Below are positions 18,837-27,913 of a DNA stretch of 64,000 nt, piece after piece. Numbering within the stretch: position 1 is the first letter of the stretch; each line of letters starts with the position of its first letter. The notes under the pieces were generated by a model that did not search any database, was not told where the DNA came from, and saw nothing but the letters and a program-made list of their open reading frames with translations. Made by a program: the position numbers and the translations under genes. The DNA comes from a virus, in the IMG/VR virus record IMGVR_UViG_3300036820_000003, positions 32,001 to 96,000 of that record; one strand, given 5' to 3'.

Positions 18837-19076
18837 TCATTCGGAATTGCAGATGTCACACAGGTGGAGGAGTCCGACGTGCTCAGACTTGAGTCGTCCG
18901 CAGATGTGCGACTCCTCTGGGTGATTTTTCCGCGAGGCCGCGTTGTCCCATAGAAAATTGCAGAACTCGGACTTGTTCCGCGCCTCGGTCATCTCCCTGA
19001 CGATACGATCCCCTAGCCGGAGCATCCGGATCTCAAGTTCTCGCTCGCGATTGAGCAATTGCATTCCTCCTTGCAT
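18837..19076 (-). CDS. Hypothetical protein with C-terminal HxC...CxxC
   Basis: ORF with RBS. Confidence 0.55.
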   Translation of the reverse strand: MQGGMQLLNRERELEIRMLRLGDRIVREMTEARNKSEFCNFLWDNAASRKNHPEESHICGRLKSEHVGLLHLCDICNSE

Positions 19077-19079
19077 TCG

Positions 19080-19412
19080 CTAGAAGTCCCGCGCCGGGGC
19101 GTTGACGGTGAACTTGTCGATCCGGTAGCCGTAGAAGACGCCGTCGCCGGGGTCGGTGCGAGCCTGCCACGCGTCGTAGACGGAGGGAATCGGATTCCAG
19201 TCCAGCTTCCACGCCGTGTACTTCTCGTCCGACGTGAAAGCGTCGCCCGCCGTCGCGGCCTCCTTCTCGCGCTCGAAGTCCTGGGCCGCGCCCTTCGCCT
19301 TCTCAAGGGCGAGATCGAGCCCGGTGTCGTCGATATAGATCCCGAGTTCGATCCACTCGGCCGGGTCCGAGCCGTCCGACTCGCGAACGGACAGCAGATA
19401 AGCCGTCGTCAA
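19080..19412 (-). CDS. Hypothetical protein (paralog of 20257-20580)
   Basis: Shared L.W...W.A...GY.[IV]..FT.[ND]AP pattern. Confidence 0.65.
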   Translation of the reverse strand: MTTAYLLSVRESDGSDPAEWIELGIYIDDTGLDLALEKAKGAAQDFEREKEAATAGDAFTSDEKYTAWKLDWNPIPSVYDAWQARTDPGDGVFYGYRIDKFTVNAPARDF

Positions 19413-19594
19413 TTCGACCTCCCGTCGTGACTGATCTCGAACGTGTTGCGAGCCGTCCGGGTGATGAAGACGGTGTCCGACTGATTCGTCCAGCTCCCGA
19501 GCTTGTCAGCGTCCCGGAGGGCCTTGTCCGCCACATCGGCGGCGAGGCCGTACTCCCGGGACGTGAGCAGATCGTGCGCTTCGAAGAAGTTCAC
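19409..19594 (-). CDS. Small protein (paralog family B)
   Basis: EAHDLL...ADKALRDADKLGSWTN...FEI. Confidence 0.65.
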   Translation of the reverse strand: MNFFEAHDLLTSREYGLAADVADKALRDADKLGSWTNQSDTVFITRTARNTFEISHDGRSN

Positions 19595-19608
19595 GCTGAT
19601 TTTCCTTC

Positions 19609-20064
19609 CTAGCTGAGCGGATCCGGATTCCCGGACTCGCGGATTTCCTGCGCGAGGGCGGCGTCGGAGGCGGGATCCGAATTATCCGGATAACGCTCCT
19701 CGCCCCCGGCCTCCGTTCGCCACATCGCGTCCCGCGCCTCCTGGGTGATGAACTCCGGAGCATCACTCAGGACGCCGCTCAGATCGCGGGCGAACTTCAT
19801 CATTTCAAATCGCATGTGATCCTCGGTCTCGCCGTTGATCAGCCCGGCCTGTTCCATCATCCCCCGCAGGTACGTGACCTGCTGCTCCACGCTGAGCGGG
19901 GACGGGGCGGGAGTCCACCCCTGCGGCCGGTCCACCGCCACGTACAGAACATCCGACGGATCGGAATGCGGGTCAAGCTCGAAGACGGGACTCACGAGGC
20001 TCGCGCCTCCCGGACTCAGGTCGGTGACCGTCACCTGGAAACGTTTGGGGATCAACTTGCTCAT
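19609..20064 (-). CDS. Hypothetical protein
   Basis: ATGA overlap start MSKLIPK. Confidence 0.65.
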   Translation of the reverse strand: MSKLIPKRFQVTVTDLSPGGASLVSPVFELDPHSDPSDVLYVAVDRPQGWTPAPSPLSVEQQVTYLRGMMEQAGLINGETEDHMRFEMMKFARDLSGVLSDAPEFITQEARDAMWRTEAGGEERYPDNSDPASDAALAQEIRESGNPDPLS

Positions 20065-20237
20065 GACGGCCTCTCGATTCGGAAGCGGCTCGTCGAGACC
20101 TGCACGACTCGGATTTCGCCGTTCTCCCACGCCCCGAACTCGGCGGCGTCGCTCACGAGCTGACGCGCCTCCTCGACGCTGAGATTATGAGGAGGCCGCT
20201 GAAGAAGCCCGACGGCCTCGTCCCTGGTGATACTCAT
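20061..20237 (-). CDS. Small protein (family B; 58 aa, not in ORF track)
   Basis: MSITRDEAVGLL...EARQLVSDAAEFGAWEN...FRIERPS*; GGAAGGAAGG RBS. Confidence 0.7.
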   Translation of the reverse strand: MSITRDEAVGLLQRPPHNLSVEEARQLVSDAAEFGAWENGEIRVVQVSTSRFRIERPS

Positions 20238-20256
20238 GTGCCTTCCTTCCCCCGGG

Positions 20257-20580
20257 TCAGGGCTCTCGCGGCGGCGCGTCGAGCGTGAAGCGCTCGACGC
20301 TGTAGCCGAAGCTCATGCGCTCGAAGACCTGGAGGGAGATGGCGTGCCACTTGTCCGGACGGGGGATGATCGTGCCGCCCTCTCCGTCGGGACAGGATTC
20401 CCGCTCCCAGGCGAGCTGGACAGGCTCGTACTCGCCGTCGGAGGCGAGGGCCTTGTCCGTCTCGATGCCCTGGGCTGCGGCCTGCGCGAGTTCGAGGGTG
20501 GTGTAGGCTCCCGCGTTGGAGGCCCCGTGATCGTGCTCGGTGAGCACGTAGATGCCGGTCTCGATCTCGGTCCCGGTCAC
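20257..20580 (-). CDS. Hypothetical protein (paralog of 19080-19412)
   Basis: GTGA overlap; GYSVERFTLDAP. Confidence 0.65.
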   Translation of the reverse strand: MTGTEIETGIYVLTEHDHGASNAGAYTTLELAQAAAQGIETDKALASDGEYEPVQLAWERESCPDGEGGTIIPRPDKWHAISLQVFERMSFGYSVERFTLDAPPREP

Positions 20581-20777
20581 TTGACGTTCACGTGCTTCCA
20601 GGGCCTGATCCTGACGTTGCGCTTGTACCAGAAGCACGTTGACCGCCCGGATCCCGAATCCCCGTAGCAGGTCGCTATGGTGATGGTCGCGCCCGGCGCG
20701 TCACTGTGAATGAAGTAGAAGCTGTCCCTTGAGGTGCGCTCGGTGGAAGTCCTGCGCACGTGTTCCTGATCTCTCAC
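20577..20777 (-). CDS. Hypothetical protein
   Basis: GGAAGGAAGG RBS. Confidence 0.55.
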   Translation of the reverse strand: MRDQEHVRRTSTERTSRDSFYFIHSDAPGATITIATCYGDSGSGRSTCFWYKRNVRIRPWKHVNVK

Positions 20778-21036
20778 TGTTCCTTCCTTCCTCCTCGGCG
20801 CTGACGCTGAGGGAGCCCGTCCCGACGGACGTCGGGACGGACCCTCACGGCGCAGCCGTGAGCTAGACGGATGCGGATGCGCTTTACCAGAGACCCATGT
20901 CGCACCTCCTTTTTAGGATGCTGTGTGCTCTCATTTCCCGCGTGTTTGGCTGCGCGCCCGTTGCCAGTTTACCAGCCCGGAGGCCCGCGAACGCGGGGAT
21001 GAGGGCTCACGCGGGCGGCGCGAGGGCGGGGGTCCT

Positions 21037-21330
21037 TCACTCCGGATCCCGGCGCTTCAGCAGCAGCTCGTAGGACGCCCCCTCCTCGCTGTGCACGATC
21101 ATCCCGGTGATGAGCGGGTCGACCGACTGGTGAGTCAGCGCCGGAAGGAAGTCGGCGGGGACCTCGAAGGTCCCGAGCGCGGTGACGCAGCTGATGGCGC
21201 TCCGGCCCTCGTTCAGCTGGCTGAATATCTGGGCGGTGACGCGAAGCTGGTCCTCGACGTCCGGATCGGGCTCTGGCTTGATGTACATGAGATTGATTCC
21301 TTCCTCTTCCTTCGGTGGTGCGCTTGTCAC
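21037..21330 (-). CDS. Hypothetical protein
   Basis: ORF; true start may be the internal ATG of MYIKPEP. Confidence 0.55.
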   Translation of the reverse strand: MTSAPPKEEEGINLMYIKPEPDPDVEDQLRVTAQIFSQLNEGRSAISCVTALGTFEVPADFLPALTHQSVDPLITGMIVHSEEGASYELLLKRRDPE

Positions 21331-21415
21331 ATGTCCTGATATTTCGTGTTAAACCGGACAGTCAGCGCACTCCGCCGGGTCCGGTCGGGCGACCGGACCT
21401 GACGGGGCGGGCTGA

Positions 21416-21760
21416 TCAGTTTCGGGGACGAGCGGAGTTCGGGTGCCAGGTTCCGCCTCCGCGCTTGCTCCAGTTCGGCCCGTAGGTGCTCTTGAGCAGC
21501 TCTACCTGCCCTCTCACCCCGGTGATTCCGTCGGCTGCGAGGGAGGCTCGGTCGTCCTCGTCCGGATAGCCGAGTTCAGCGGAGCGGAGGGTGAAGGCGT
21601 CGCAGTAGGCCGACAGAATCGTCTCCGGATCGCCGTCGAAGCCCGGGTGAATCATCTCGAGAATCTCGTCGTCGGTGCGAGGCACGTAAACAGGTGTCTC
21701 GGCACGCGCGTGCCCGAGGGCTGTGGCGATCTCGATGTCGTCGGGCGGCTGTGATGTCAT
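21416..21760 (-). CDS. Hypothetical protein
   Basis: GGAGAGGA RBS. Confidence 0.65.
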   Translation of the reverse strand: MTSQPPDDIEIATALGHARAETPVYVPRTDDEILEMIHPGFDGDPETILSAYCDAFTLRSAELGYPDEDDRASLAADGITGVRGQVELLKSTYGPNWSKRGGGTWHPNSARPRN

Positions 21761-21824
21761 TTTCCTCTCCTCTCAGGACGCTTCAGCGTCCTGAGCCGGT
21801 CCCGCCCTCGCGGGCGGGGCTGAC

Positions 21825-22094
21825 TCAGGAGGTTGAATCGGATTCGAATCGCAGTCGGCTTCGCAGCTGACGGTCATGCGACATCAGCTCGGGGCCGGTC
21901 ATGCCGAAGGCCTGGGCGCGAGTGCGGAAGCCCCGGGCGAATCCGTTGCCGTAGGCGGGATAGGCCGGATCCCCTCGCCGGTAGATCTTGAGAGCGTAGT
22001 CGGGCGGATTGGAAATGCCGAGCAGGAACCCGGCGTCGTAGGGGCTGAAGGACGGATCGGTGATGCCCGCGTTGGCGTCAGCGTCGGAGGTCAC
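21825..22094 (-). CDS. Hypothetical protein
   Basis: GTG 22094 just after upstream stop; YDAGF...YGNGFARG motifs. Confidence 0.55.
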   Translation of the reverse strand: MTSDADANAGITDPSFSPYDAGFLLGISNPPDYALKIYRRGDPAYPAYGNGFARGFRTRAQAFGMTGPELMSHDRQLRSRLRFESDSTS

Positions 22095-22095
22095 G

Positions 22096-22485
22096 TCAGA
22101 ATCCCAGATGCTGGCAGCTGAGCCGGAAGGACTGAGTCGGATCCGTCGGGATGATGACGGGCCCGAGTGCGATGACGGCCCGGGTGACGTACGGGAAACC
22201 GGATGAGTCGGTCTGATGCGGGAGGTCGTTGCAGAGCGCCTCATGCCCGCACGAGTAGCAGTCCATGTAGTCCGGGCAGAACGCGAGCGGCCCCCGGGCG
22301 AGCTCGCGAGTCGTCCAGTTGACCTCGTGGTAGTTCCCGGGCAGCTCCATCACGATGACGGGATGGAAATACGGAAGCGGGAACATCTCGCCGTAGCGAA
22401 CTCCCGCCTGACGCTCGTAGCTGTAGAGCGTCCGGACGTGCAGGCCGTTTTCGGCGTGTCCGAGGATGATGCTCTTGGGTCGCAT
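22096..22485 (-). CDS. Hypothetical protein (CYSCGH...C)
   Basis: GGAAGGA RBS. Confidence 0.65.
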   Translation of the reverse strand: MRPKSIILGHAENGLHVRTLYSYERQAGVRYGEMFPLPYFHPVIVMELPGNYHEVNWTTRELARGPLAFCPDYMDCYSCGHEALCNDLPHQTDSSGFPYVTRAVIALGPVIIPTDPTQSFRLSCQHLGF

Positions 22486-22521
22486 GTCTGTTTCCTTCCT
22501 TTACTGCGGTATGATGGTAGT

Positions 22522-23167
22522 ATGTCATGGCTTGATGGAAAACCGGCAGGTCCTACTCTGAGCGAACAATTCCCTGATGAGATGCTGCCCGTCCGAGTTA
22601 TAAGGCTCGGAGGAGTGAAGAGACTGTTCGCGATAGTCGACCCGGAAGATTACGAGTGGCTGACTTCGGATCATAACTGGTACCCAGATGGTGACGGGTA
22701 CGCCATGTCCTGGCACGAGCGTAAGCACATTCGGATGCACGTGGCTATCCGGGGAACCGCAGGGATAGATCACCGCAACAGGCAGCGAAGGGATAATCGT
22801 CGCTTTAATCTTCGTGTCTGCGATGACACAGGCAATAAGATCAACACAAGCCTGAAACCTCGCAACACGTCCGGGTACAAGGGCGTCACCAGGGACAATC
22901 GTGTGGATTGCCTCCATTAAGCTGCCTGACAGCCCATCTTCTATGCATCTGGCATCTAGTCCGGATCCTGTTGAGGCTGCTTATGCTTACGACCGAGCAG
23001 CTCGACGTCTTTGGGGCGATTTTGCTTGCACCAATGAGGATCTCGGAATCGTGCCTCCTGATGATGGGCATGAACTGCGGCTCAGACACGCCTATCCTTC
23101 CTGGTGCCTGCCTCTGGAGCAGGAGACCGTCACCGTACGAGACGGTGACGATCCTCCACCTCAGTAG
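22522..23167 (+). pseudogene. HNH-AP2 homing endonuclease with a frameshift near 22902
   Basis: AIVDPEDYEWL, RMH, IDHRNR..DNRRFNLR, NTSGYKGV in one frame; WIASI...EAAYAYDRAARRLWGDFA (AP2) in the next frame; opposite strand to neighbours, lower GC. Confidence 0.8.
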
Positions 23168-23195
23168 TGGAACTGATGTTCGAGCCCGACGCCGC

Positions 23196-23645
23196 TCAGC
23201 CGGAGGTTGAAGTCGGAGCTGACGGAGCTGACGGTGTGAGGCTGTACTTCACGATCTGGAACATGGTGATGTGCCTACCGAGATCGGCGTAGTTGACGAT
23301 ATTCCAGATCTTGCGATCCGGATCGGAATCGTCAAGGGGAGACTCGATGTAAACTAGAGTCGTCGCAGGGTCCTCCATGATCCCGCAGTGCTGGCGATAG
23401 AGCCGCAAGCCGAACTCCTGCGCGTCCTCCAGGCGTCCGAAGTACTCGTAGCTGAAGGAGTCAAGCTCCGGATCGACCTGGTAGAAGTCGACCGGGGCGG
23501 GACCCGGGAGCCAGCCGAGCTCGGGGATGACCGGCGTGCCGGCGTCCGCGCGATAGATCGCGTCGGCGGCGTCGTCAGCCTGGACGCCCCGGAGATGGAC
23601 TGTCTCGCCGGTGTCCTCGTTGCGGACGGTGACTGAGAACGTCAT
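23196..23645 (-). CDS. Hypothetical protein
   Basis: AAGGAAGGAAG RBS. Confidence 0.65.
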   Translation of the reverse strand: MTFSVTVRNEDTGETVHLRGVQADDAADAIYRADAGTPVIPELGWLPGPAPVDFYQVDPELDSFSYEYFGRLEDAQEFGLRLYRQHCGIMEDPATTLVYIESPLDDSDPDRKIWNIVNYADLGRHITMFQIVKYSLTPSAPSAPTSTSG

Positions 23646-23764
23646 GCTGATGCTTCCTTCCTTGAGGGTCCTTTCGACTGGACCGCGCCGCCTCCGAGCT
23701 GTCTGGGATCGGAGACGACGCCGCTCAGCCGGGATCGCCGGTGAGAGGTTCGGGTTCGGCTGCG

Positions 23765-24181
23765 TTAAAGCGAGCCGACTTCAGCGGTTCGCTCGACGTG
23801 CGGAGGCGGTCGGAAGCTGACCGCGCCGTCGCCCGAGCCGGGGGCGGCCGGAACCGCCTCGCGCGCGGACCTGAAGACGTTCGCGGCGGCGAGGAAGCCG
23901 TTCAGCTCCAGGATCCTCGCGGCGAACAGCCGGATGCTGGTCGCGTGATCCAGATCCCGGATGCTGAGGGACGGATCCTGCACCCACTGGAGAATCGGAT
24001 CGTAGTAGGCGACGAACACGCCGTACTTCCCGGACGGACCCTGCACGCGATCCTCCACGTGCACGACGTGACGGCTCGGCTGATACGGGACGTCGGGGAT
24101 CTTCTCGGCCCCGATGACGGCGTAGCCGCTGAAGTCGGCCGGCAGGATGCCGGACAGGACGGGCGGCGGGGTTGAGTTCAC
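23765..24181 (-). CDS. Hypothetical protein
   Basis: GTGA overlap start VNSTPPP. Confidence 0.6.
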   Translation of the reverse strand: MNSTPPPVLSGILPADFSGYAVIGAEKIPDVPYQPSRHVVHVEDRVQGPSGKYGVFVAYYDPILQWVQDPSLSIRDLDHATSIRLFAARILELNGFLAAANVFRSAREAVPAAPGSGDGAVSFRPPPHVERTAEVGSL

Positions 24182-24669
24182 GAGCGGACCTCGAAGCTCT
24201 CTGTCTCGTTGTCGGGAGTAGCCTGCACGAACTGGGAGTCCGCGAAGGAGCGATGATCGGGGATGACCCACACGCCCGCGACCGTGTAGCGTCCGGTGGG
24301 AACGCCGGGGTTGCGCGGGAAGTACGCGCAGAGCGTGAAGATCGTGCCGTGCGTCATGACCGTGTTGCTGGAGATGACGCTGTTGCCCGTTGAATCGTTG
24401 GCGATCCACTGGACCGCGTAGACGACGCGCGGGTCGTGGAACGTCATGCACAGCCAGCTCGAGGGGTCCTTGAACGGACCCTCGTGCACGGTGCGCCGCC
24501 ACAGCCTATAATACGGCTGCGGAGCCCTCGCCGGGGCGCTTTGAGCCTGCGGCCGGGTGGTCGCGCTCGCTGCCGAGGCGGGATGCGCCCCGGTGATCGC
24601 GACTCCCGTGATGCCGAGGGCGAGAGCCGCTGACGCGACGGTCGCCCTCATCTTCCTTTTCCTTGTCAT
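24178..24669 (-). CDS. Secreted hypothetical protein
   Basis: Basic N-terminus, hydrophobic core, ASA cleavage motif. Confidence 0.65.
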   Translation of the reverse strand: MTRKRKMRATVASAALALGITGVAITGAHPASAASATTRPQAQSAPARAPQPYYRLWRRTVHEGPFKDPSSWLCMTFHDPRVVYAVQWIANDSTGNSVISSNTVMTHGTIFTLCAYFPRNPGVPTGRYTVAGVWVIPDHRSFADSQFVQATPDNETESFEVRS

Positions 24670-24745
24670 GTTGCTGTTTTCCTTCCTGAGTCGGACCTGA
24701 CGGTCCGAGCCCCGTCCGCCCGGAGGGCGGGCGGGACTCGCGCTG

Positions 24746-25015
24746 TCAGGTCGCGTACGGATCGTCCTGCATGACGTAGGAGTCGTTCTGGACGTCCGCG
24801 ATGATGACGTTATCGCGTTCGGAGGAGTAGTAGTTGATCATCGCCGCGCAGCTGAGCAGATGGGCTGCGAGCTGCCGGTCGAGGCCCGACGCCCGGGCGA
24901 TGACCTCGCAGCTGAGCGGTCGCCCGTAGTTCGCCTTCAGGACGGAGCGAACCTTCTCCATCTGGGCTAGCCGGATGTCTCTCATCTCCTGCACGAACTT
25001 GTCGATGTCGTCCAT
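24746..25015 (-). CDS. Winged-HTH-like small protein
   Basis: PLSCEVIARASGLDRQLAAHLL; GAGGAGG RBS. Confidence 0.55.
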   Translation of the reverse strand: MDDIDKFVQEMRDIRLAQMEKVRSVLKANYGRPLSCEVIARASGLDRQLAAHLLSCAAMINYYSSERDNVIIADVQNDSYVMQDDPYAT

Positions 25016-25120
25016 GTGACGTGCCTCCTCGTCGGGGCTGAGCGCCCCGCACCCCGCCCGAGGCCCCTGCGCTCGGGCGGGATGCGCGTGGCTCAGGTCA
25101 GATGTTACGCGCGGCGCGCG

Positions 25121-25453
25121 TCAGCGCGTCGGAGGGGCGTTGTCGTAGAACTCCTGCGGGGTCTGGGCGAGGGGCTCCGGCGGCTCGGGCCGTATGACGG
25201 TGACCCGGGCGGTGTCGTGCGCGAAGGTCACGCCGACGTCGGGGACGTGCACGTTGCCGTTGTCCTCGGAGAGGGCGAGCATCCCGACCTTGCCGAGGCC
25301 CGCGACGTCGTCGACGTCCGGGTTGCTCACCTGATGCCCGCTGAGAAGCGCGAAGCAGGTGTGCGTCGGCTTCAGAATGAGCTGCAGATCCCCGTTGGTG
25401 AAGAGGATCTTGTCGTTCGGCTGGAGATCTCGCGCGTTGATCTCGAGTTCCAT
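25121..25453 (-). CDS. Hypothetical protein
   Basis: INARDLQPNDKI beta-barrel-like start; RBS. Confidence 0.65.
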   Translation of the reverse strand: MELEINARDLQPNDKILFTNGDLQLILKPTHTCFALLSGHQVSNPDVDDVAGLGKVGMLALSEDNGNVHVPDVGVTFAHDTARVTVIRPEPPEPLAQTPQEFYDNAPPTR

Positions 25454-25545
25454 GTGTTGTGCCTTCCTTTTCCTTGTGTGAAGCTCGAGCTGAGTTGCCC
25501 GGGAGGCGCTCGAAATTGTTTTCGAGCGCGACCCGCGTGACTCAG

Positions 25546-26289
25546 TTAGGACGCGCTGACCTCGACCTCGACCGCGCTGACGTCGATGTTCAGCTCGGGC
25601 CGGATGAGGTCGATCCGGCTGTTGACGATCAGCTGGAGATCCCTCACCTGCTCGGGATCGATGTTCGACCCGTCTGGGGTTCGGGCGCTGAAGCTGAAGC
25701 GAGCCGTGGAGGCGTCGACGTCGGTGACGTCGGTGCGGGGTCGGCTGACGCTCGCGGTGATCTCGCCCGTGTTGAACGGGGCGTCGTCGAGGAGGATGGC
25801 GATCCCCGCGATGACGCCGCCGATGTAGGCGGAATCCATGTCCTGATCGTTCTTGCGACTGACCGGGACGCTGAGGACGACCTGCTGAGTCCCCTCGACA
25901 CTCGATGTGACGGGGGGGAACAGGCTAGCCTCGGAGCCGAAGGTCGGCGTCCACGGGATGAGCTCCGCGCCCTGCGGTAGATGATCTATCATCCAGTTGA
26001 GGGCGTAGACGACGTGCTCTTCCTCGATCGTCAGCGTCAGCGTGTGATGGAGATTGTAGTTGCCGTACTCCTCCGACACGGAGGCGCTGGAGATGAGATC
26101 AGGCTCGCCGATGGCGTCGATCAGCTCGCCGACGAGCGTGTAGAGCTGCGTCGCCGGCGGCTTCGCGCCCTGTGCCGCGAGGTCGCCCCACGCTGGATAG
26201 ATGGCAGTATCCGAAGGCGGATCCTGACCGTCCGTCGGAGCGGGATGCTCCTGACTCCAGTTCCACGTGAGCGTGCGTGTGTCTCGCAT
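25546..26289 (-). CDS. Hypothetical protein (247 aa)
   Basis: AAGGAAGGAAGGAG RBS; strong GC3 bias. Confidence 0.75.
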   Translation of the reverse strand: MRDTRTLTWNWSQEHPAPTDGQDPPSDTAIYPAWGDLAAQGAKPPATQLYTLVGELIDAIGEPDLISSASVSEEYGNYNLHHTLTLTIEEEHVVYALNWMIDHLPQGAELIPWTPTFGSEASLFPPVTSSVEGTQQVVLSVPVSRKNDQDMDSAYIGGVIAGIAILLDDAPFNTGEITASVSRPRTDVTDVDASTARFSFSARTPDGSNIDPEQVRDLQLIVNSRIDLIRPELNIDVSAVEVEVSAS

Positions 26290-26365
26290 GTGATGCTCCT
26301 TCCTTCCTTGAGGCCGAGTGGCCCGAGCCCGGTCCGAACTGGGTTTTGTTCGGACTGGACTCCCG

Positions 26366-26683
26366 TCACTCGGGCGGGACGCGGTTGAACGGGATGACGT
26401 TCCAGGCGCGCAGGAGATAGGGATGGAAACCCTGACAGCGCTGGTCGGGTGGTCGGGTTCGCTTGCAGACGCAGTCGATGAGGATCATCATCGTCTCGTC
26501 ATCGGCTGCTGCATAGGAGGTCGCCGTCCGCAGGTCGGGGTGATGAGCCCGAGTGTGGATGACGGGAGGCTGCGAGGGCCGGGGCCGGGGTGTGACCGGC
26601 GGGATGAGATCGTGCCGGGTGGGGCCGCCGTGCGGCGGCGGATCCTGCTCGGGCGAGGTGACAACCTCGTTCGCTTCGCTCAC
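26366..26683 (-). CDS. Pro-rich protein with CxC...C motif (possible distant family A)
   Basis: IDCVCKRTRPPDQRCQGF; GTGA overlap. Confidence 0.55.
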   Translation of the reverse strand: MSEANEVVTSPEQDPPPHGGPTRHDLIPPVTPRPRPSQPPVIHTRAHHPDLRTATSYAAADDETMMILIDCVCKRTRPPDQRCQGFHPYLLRAWNVIPFNRVPPE

Positions 26684-26829
26684 GAGGTTGTCACCGGCCC
26701 GATCAGCGCCGTGTACAGCTGGATCTGCTGAGCCTCGCTGTAGGACTTCCACATCTCGCGGAAGCGCTTGCGAGTCGGGGCTCCGAGAGAGCGTCGCAGG
26801 ATCGCGACGTTAGCCGGGCTGAAATTCAT
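26680..26829 (-). CDS. Small hypothetical protein
   Basis: GGAGGAAAGG RBS before MNFSPAN. Confidence 0.6.
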   Translation of the reverse strand: MNFSPANVAILRRSLGAPTRKRFREMWKSYSEAQQIQLYTALIGPVTTS

Positions 26830-26909
26830 GATGTCCTTTCCTCCTTGTGTGCGAGTTGTTGAGCGCACAGGCCGTCGACCGGACGGAGTCCGGGCGGCAG
26901 CCGACGCGC

Positions 26910-27173
26910 TCACGTCGTGAGGCTCGTGCCCGCCGTGCAGTGAGGACACGACTTGACAAGCGAGTCGAAGTGCTCTAGAATGTAGGCGTCGAGGGACAGA
27001 TGCCGACGCAGATCGCAGGCGACGGTGTCGCGACAGAGCCAGAAGCCTCCGTAATGACGGCGGAAGCGCATCGTGAGGTAGGTTCCCTCGACGTTGCAAC
27101 TGGAGCAGATGCGAATGAGCGGCGGGAACTCCGGGATTTGAGCCGGAGCCGGGAGCGAGACGGGCTGAATCAT
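26910..27173 (-). CDS. Small Cys-rich protein
   Basis: CSSC, CRD..AC, CPHC. Confidence 0.6.
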   Translation of the reverse strand: MIQPVSLPAPAQIPEFPPLIRICSSCNVEGTYLTMRFRRHYGGFWLCRDTVACDLRRHLSLDAYILEHFDSLVKSCPHCTAGTSLTT

Positions 27174-27186
27174 GTCGGCCGTCGCC

Positions 27187-27378
27187 CTAGTTCCCCGTGC
27201 AGCTGGACGTGTCGGTCGCGCTGTAGGGGCTCTGGCTGTAGGTGCAGGTGGTGGTCGTGCTGTGCTGCGCGATCGCCACGATCATGACGAAGACCGCGAT
27301 GACGAGCAGGAGCAGCAGGGCCACGATCGCGCCCCCGTTCGAGGTTGAAGCGGACGGGGACGGGGTCTTGTCGTTCAT
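27187..27378 (-). CDS. Small membrane protein with Thr-rich tail
   Basis: One TM segment, two Cys. Confidence 0.6.
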   Translation of the reverse strand: MNDKTPSPSASTSNGGAIVALLLLLVIAVFVMIVAIAQHSTTTTCTYSQSPYSATDTSSCTGN

Positions 27379-27523
27379 TTGATGTCTTTCCTTCCTTGGG
27401 GTTGTGCTCCGTCGTGTGACGGGGGCGAGGTCCCGCTCGCTGCGCTTGCGGGGCCTCGCGCTCTACACACGGTGGCTACACCTCACATGGGTGGATGCGA
27501 GGTGCCTTCCGTGACTCGGGGGG

Positions 27524-27802
27524 TTACAGCAGACTGCGAGGGATGTCGCGATCGCATCTGTGGCAGTGCTGAGTCGGGGCGTCATCTATCGCGAAGACGC
27601 CCGGGTGGATGCAGGGCTCCGGGAAAGCCGGAACCCTGAACGTGAAGACGCGCGCGTCCGCGAAATAGTCCTCCGCGAGGGTCACGACGTGAACGCCCCA
27701 GCCCTGCGGAAGCTCCTTTTCAAGATCTTCCGCCTGATCGGGCGTCGCGTCCAGAATCTCCGACTGCACGACGTTCCAGTCGTTGACGATCTGGATGTGC
27801 AT
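27524..27802 (-). CDS. Hypothetical protein with C-terminal CxH...CxxC
   Basis: GGAAGGAAAGG RBS before MHIQIV. Confidence 0.6.
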   Translation of the reverse strand: MHIQIVNDWNVVQSEILDATPDQAEDLEKELPQGWGVHVVTLAEDYFADARVFTFRVPAFPEPCIHPGVFAIDDAPTQHCHRCDRDIPRSLL

Positions 27803-27913
27803 GTGGCTGCCTTTCCTTCCTTGTTGCCTGCTTCGTGCACAGGAGACCGTACCCCCGCCGATATCGGGCGGGGGTGCGATCCTCACTGCACGAGGTCGAG
27901 GTGCGTGATGGCG

